Source of the DNA: Bacteroidota bacterium | GTDB taxonomy: Bacteria > Bacteroidota > Ignavibacteria > Tepidaquicellales > Tepidaquicellaceae | Direction: 5' to 3' | DNA length: 64,000 nucleotides | Assembly (NCBI GenBank): GCA_018266875.1 | Contig: JAFDZR010000018.1 | Span: 17,916-81,915 of the forward strand | Shown: piece after piece, positions 61,445 through 64,000 of the stretch | Numbering within the stretch: position 1 is the stretch's first letter | Layout of the letters: every line of letters starts with the position of its first letter | Made by a program: the position numbers and the translations under genes | Notes under the pieces: generated by a model | The model's input: the letters and a program-made list of their open reading frames with translations, nothing else | The model's database searches: none | What the model was told of the DNA's origin: nothing

Positions 61445-63246
61445 AAAAAAATAAAGTATTGAAAAAGAAAGTAACCAAAGATCTTATTTTAAAGGCAAAG
61501 AAGAACGGATTTTCTGATAAACAGCTCGGCGTAATACTCGGCACGACTGAAGAAAAGATCAGAAAGTTCAGATTTGAAAACGGAATTGTTCCGGTTTACA
61601 AGGCGGTGGACACTTGCGCCGCCGAATTTGAAGCCGGCACCCCTTACCATTATTCGACCTATGAGAAATATAACGAAAACGTTTCATCAGACAGGGAAAA
61701 GATAATCATACTCGGAGGCGGACCCAACAGGATCGGGCAGGGAATTGAATTTGATTACTGCTGTGTGAGATGTGTAAACTCGCTTCGCGAGGAAGGTTTT
61801 GAGACGATAATGATCAACTGCAATCCCGAAACTGTTTCAACAGATTACGACATAACCGACAAACTTTTCTTTGAGCCGCTGACAACCGAAGATGTCCTTA
61901 ACATTGTCCGTTATGAAAAAAATATCAGGGGAATAGTAGTAAGCTTCGGAGGGCAGACGCCGTTAAAGATCTCGAAAGAGCTTGAGAAGAACGGATTGAA
62001 AATTCTCGGCACTTCTTCTGAAAATATTGATATTGCCGAAGACAGAAAAAAATTCGGAAATCTTCTAGACAGACTTAATATTCCTAAACCCGAATACGGC
62101 ACATGCACTGATCCGGTAAGTGCAAAGAAAACAGCAAATAAGATCGGCTATCCAGTGCTACTGAGACCTTCTTATGTGCTGGGAGGAAGGGCTATGCAGA
62201 TAGTTTATGATGATGAGCAGGTGGAAAAATTCTTCAGAGATGAAGCGGAAATTTCAAAGGACCATCCGGTACTGATTGATAAATTCCTTGAGGAAGCGCG
62301 GGAGATAGATGTGGATGCAATATGTGACGGTACGGATGTTTTTATTGCCGGTATAATGCAGCATATTGAAGAAGCGGGAATACATTCCGGTGACAGTACA
62401 TCAATACTTCCGCCGATCTCAATCAACAAAAAAAGTCTGGATGACATTAAAAAATATACAAGGAATATTGCGCTGGCTCTGGATGTTTCAGGACTGATAA
62501 ACATACAGTTTGCAGTAAAGGATAATGTGGTATATGTACTCGAGGCAAATCCAAGAGCTTCACGTACTGTTCCTTTTGTGAGCAAGACAACAGGAATTCC
62601 GGTCGTAAAGATAGCGGCAAAAATAATTGCAGGAAGAAAGCTTAAGGAATTCAGTCTGAAAAATTTTGAAGATATCGGATACATTGGAGTGAAAGAATCC
62701 ATATTCCCGTTTCAGAAATTCCCCAGAGTAAAAATGTTCCTCGGTCCGGAAATGAGGTCAACAGGGGAAGTGATGGGGATCGGTAAAACATTCGGGGAAG
62801 CGCTTGCAAAAGCCCAGGAATCAACGGGAGCGCCGATACCTGTAAAGGGAAACGTTTTTGTCAGCGTAAATGAGAATGATAAAAAGCCGAAGACCATTGA
62901 GATAATCAAAGAATACAAAAAGCTCGGATTCGGGATAATTGCAACAGCAGGCACGTCAGTATTCCTTAATAAAAACGGAATAGAATCCGAATCTGTCTTT
63001 AAAGTAAATGAAGGCAGACCAAACATAGTGGACCGAATGAAGAACGGAGATATTCAGGTCGTCATTAACACTCCACTTGGATCTGAATCGAGATTTGACG
63101 AATATGCAATCGGCTGGACCGCTGTTCAGAATAAAATCCCCTTCATTACCACATTGTCAGCAGCTCAGTCTTTTGCCGAAGGCATATCGGGGATCAAAAA
63201 GGGAAAAACCGGTGTGATGAGTCTGCAGAATTATTACAGGAAGTAA
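61441..63246 (+). CDS. carB: Carbamoyl-phosphate synthase large subunit, C-terminal half only (second ATP-grasp plus MGS-like allosteric domain)
   Basis: 601 aa with a GTG start. It begins inside the oligomerisation-domain region (AKKNGFSDKQLG...VPVYKAVDTCAAEFEAGTPYHYSTYE), then REKIIILGGGPNRIGQGIEFDYCCV and the second ATP-grasp. It continues to a C-terminal MGS-like domain (GNVFVSVNENDK...IIATAGT...VINTP). The first ~480 residues of a canonical CarB are absent from this ORF and from the upstream DNA. Confidence 0.9.
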   Translation: MKKNKVLKKKVTKDLILKAKKNGFSDKQLGVILGTTEEKIRKFRFENGIVPVYKAVDTCAAEFEAGTPYHYSTYEKYNENVSSDREKIIILGGGPNRIGQGIEFDYCCVRCVNSLREEGFETIMINCNPETVSTDYDITDKLFFEPLTTEDVLNIVRYEKNIRGIVVSFGGQTPLKISKELEKNGLKILGTSSENIDIAEDRKKFGNLLDRLNIPKPEYGTCTDPVSAKKTANKIGYPVLLRPSYVLGGRAMQIVYDDEQVEKFFRDEAEISKDHPVLIDKFLEEAREIDVDAICDGTDVFIAGIMQHIEEAGIHSGDSTSILPPISINKKSLDDIKKYTRNIALALDVSGLINIQFAVKDNVVYVLEANPRASRTVPFVSKTTGIPVVKIAAKIIAGRKLKEFSLKNFEDIGYIGVKESIFPFQKFPRVKMFLGPEMRSTGEVMGIGKTFGEALAKAQESTGAPIPVKGNVFVSVNENDKKPKTIEIIKEYKKLGFGIIATAGTSVFLNKNGIESESVFKVNEGRPNIVDRMKNGDIQVVINTPLGSESRFDEYAIGWTAVQNKIPFITTLSAAQSFAEGISGIKKGKTGVMSLQNYYRK

Positions 63247-63304
63247 AATTTATTGAATGGTATTAAACAAAGGTAAACATTATTTTCCTTTCAGTTAATA
63301 TAAA

Positions 63305-63490
63305 ATGGATTTAGAAAAAATAAAGAATACCTATAAATGGGATCCTGCGTCCGGAGATTATTCCAAAAGTTTTGTCTCTTACGAAAAAAGGATCAAACAG
63401 AAACAGCATAACAAGAGATTTATTCTTACGGTTGTTTACATAATAATACTTCTCATCAGTATTATTATAATATATAACAACGTTAAGTAA
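63305..63490 (+). CDS. Possible small single-TM protein (61 aa)
   Basis: ATG-initiated ORF 58 bp after carB with one TM helix (FILTVVYIIILLISIIIIY). There is no other support, and the opposite strand has an equal-length ORF. Confidence 0.3.
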   Translation: MDLEKIKNTYKWDPASGDYSKSFVSYEKRIKQKQHNKRFILTVVYIIILLISIIIIYNNVK

Positions 63491-63541
63491 CTGCAAAGCA
63501 GTATATAACTGATAATTTTATTAAGCCGGTAAATACTCTTT

Positions 63542-64000
63542 TCAGGAAAGACCTAATACAAGGAAAAACAGGAACTGAGCTGCAAGATAATGAATGAAAA
63601 ATTCTTTCCTTACATTGACATTCAGATAGCAGTAAATTAATGTGATGAGAAAAGTAATTACAAACCATGCCGCGTAATTCTGCATAGGGATTTCACCGCC
63701 CGTCCATTTCCAGTAGTTAAGACTTACGGCAACCGGCTCAAGTATAATATCAAAAATAACAGCAAAGACACCTGCTGCAGCAGCGGTGATAAATTTATTA
63801 CCGGATATTTTTTTCCCGATACCAATACATCCGAGAATGACAAATATCCAGTTAAAGCCGATTATCAGTGGAACGCCCGCAATGCCCGCTCCCAGAGTTT
63901 CTCCGTAAACATAACTCCCGAAAACCAGACCTGTCTTTACTCCCGCTATTTCCAGCGTCAGCGTAATAAAATACGAAATCAAAAACCATCTTATAAAGTT
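63542..64000 (-). CDS. Polytopic membrane protein, C-terminal part (DUF422 / carotenoid-biosynthesis-protein-like); gene starts beyond the window end
   Basis: The ORF-track start at 63982 is a TTG. I checked the six codons up to 64000 and found no stop, so the frame stays open to the window edge. Multiple TM helices and the segment NYWKWTGGEIPMQNYAAWFVITF resemble DUF422 proteins. Confidence 0.6.
   Translation of the reverse strand, partial: NFIRWFLISYFITLTLEIAGVKTGLVFGSYVYGETLGAGIAGVPLIIGFNWIFVILGCIGIGKKISGNKFITAAAAGVFAVIFDIILEPVAVSLNYWKWTGGEIPMQNYAAWFVITFLITLIYCYLNVNVRKEFFIHYLAAQFLFFLVLGLS

Noticed and set aside
1-64000. tRNA, rRNA, transposase, integrase, prophage or toxin-antitoxin/defence genes
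   Set aside because: I scanned the intergenic regions and ORF translations by eye. I found no cloverleaf-like or rRNA-like sequence, no DDE/serine/tyrosine recombinase motifs and no nuclease/helicase defence-type architectures. A proper tRNAscan/Infernal/DefenseFinder run is still needed.

Overview
This looks like an origin-proximal chromosomal window from a moderately AT-rich bacterium of the FCB group (Ignavibacteria/Bacteroidota-like). The lineage guess rests on four secreted proteins that end in the NYPNPFNP...YFYK type-9-secretion sorting domain. All calls come from reading the ORF translations and the DNA by eye; no searches were run.

Coding content:
- About 55 protein genes, mostly housekeeping: uvrC, alr, dnaA, recN, lplA, radA, tsaC/sua5, purT, a C-terminal-half carB, ppk2, LOG, SDR and GNAT.
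- I saw no rRNA, tRNA, CRISPR array, transposase, integrase or phage genes.
- Genes left of 8062 are all on the minus strand, and dnaA and recN run rightward from 8483. That fits a replication origin in the AT-rich spacers flanking dnaA.

Most interesting region (24.8-38.0 kb):
- It holds an ArsS-type radical-SAM/Cys-rich enzyme with its AhpD-like partner but no arsenite methyltransferase.
- These sit with a thioredoxin-like protein, an FAD oxidoreductase, a polytopic 4Fe-4S membrane protein, DUF547, two GT-C membrane glycosyltransferases, a GT2 and a DUF2064 transferase.
- I read this as a candidate uncharacterised redox plus lipid-linked glycosylation pathway.
- A 3.5 kb repeat-dense segment (32.6-36.1 kb) splits the cluster. 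It contains a 12-unit 21-bp tandem array, heptamer microsatellites, GGGAAT hairpin repeats, a nested MITE-like hairpin and an unusually AT-rich T9SS FG-GAP gene.

Other points:
- A minus-strand envelope operon (38.0-46.0 kb) has a 1182-aa beta-barrel-like protein, a vWA-TM protein and a propeller-like protein.
- carB is split and translationally coupled to purT and a methyltransferase.
- An ECF sigma factor carries a Cys/His C-terminal extension.
- A heptaheme cytochrome c is fused to TPR repeats.
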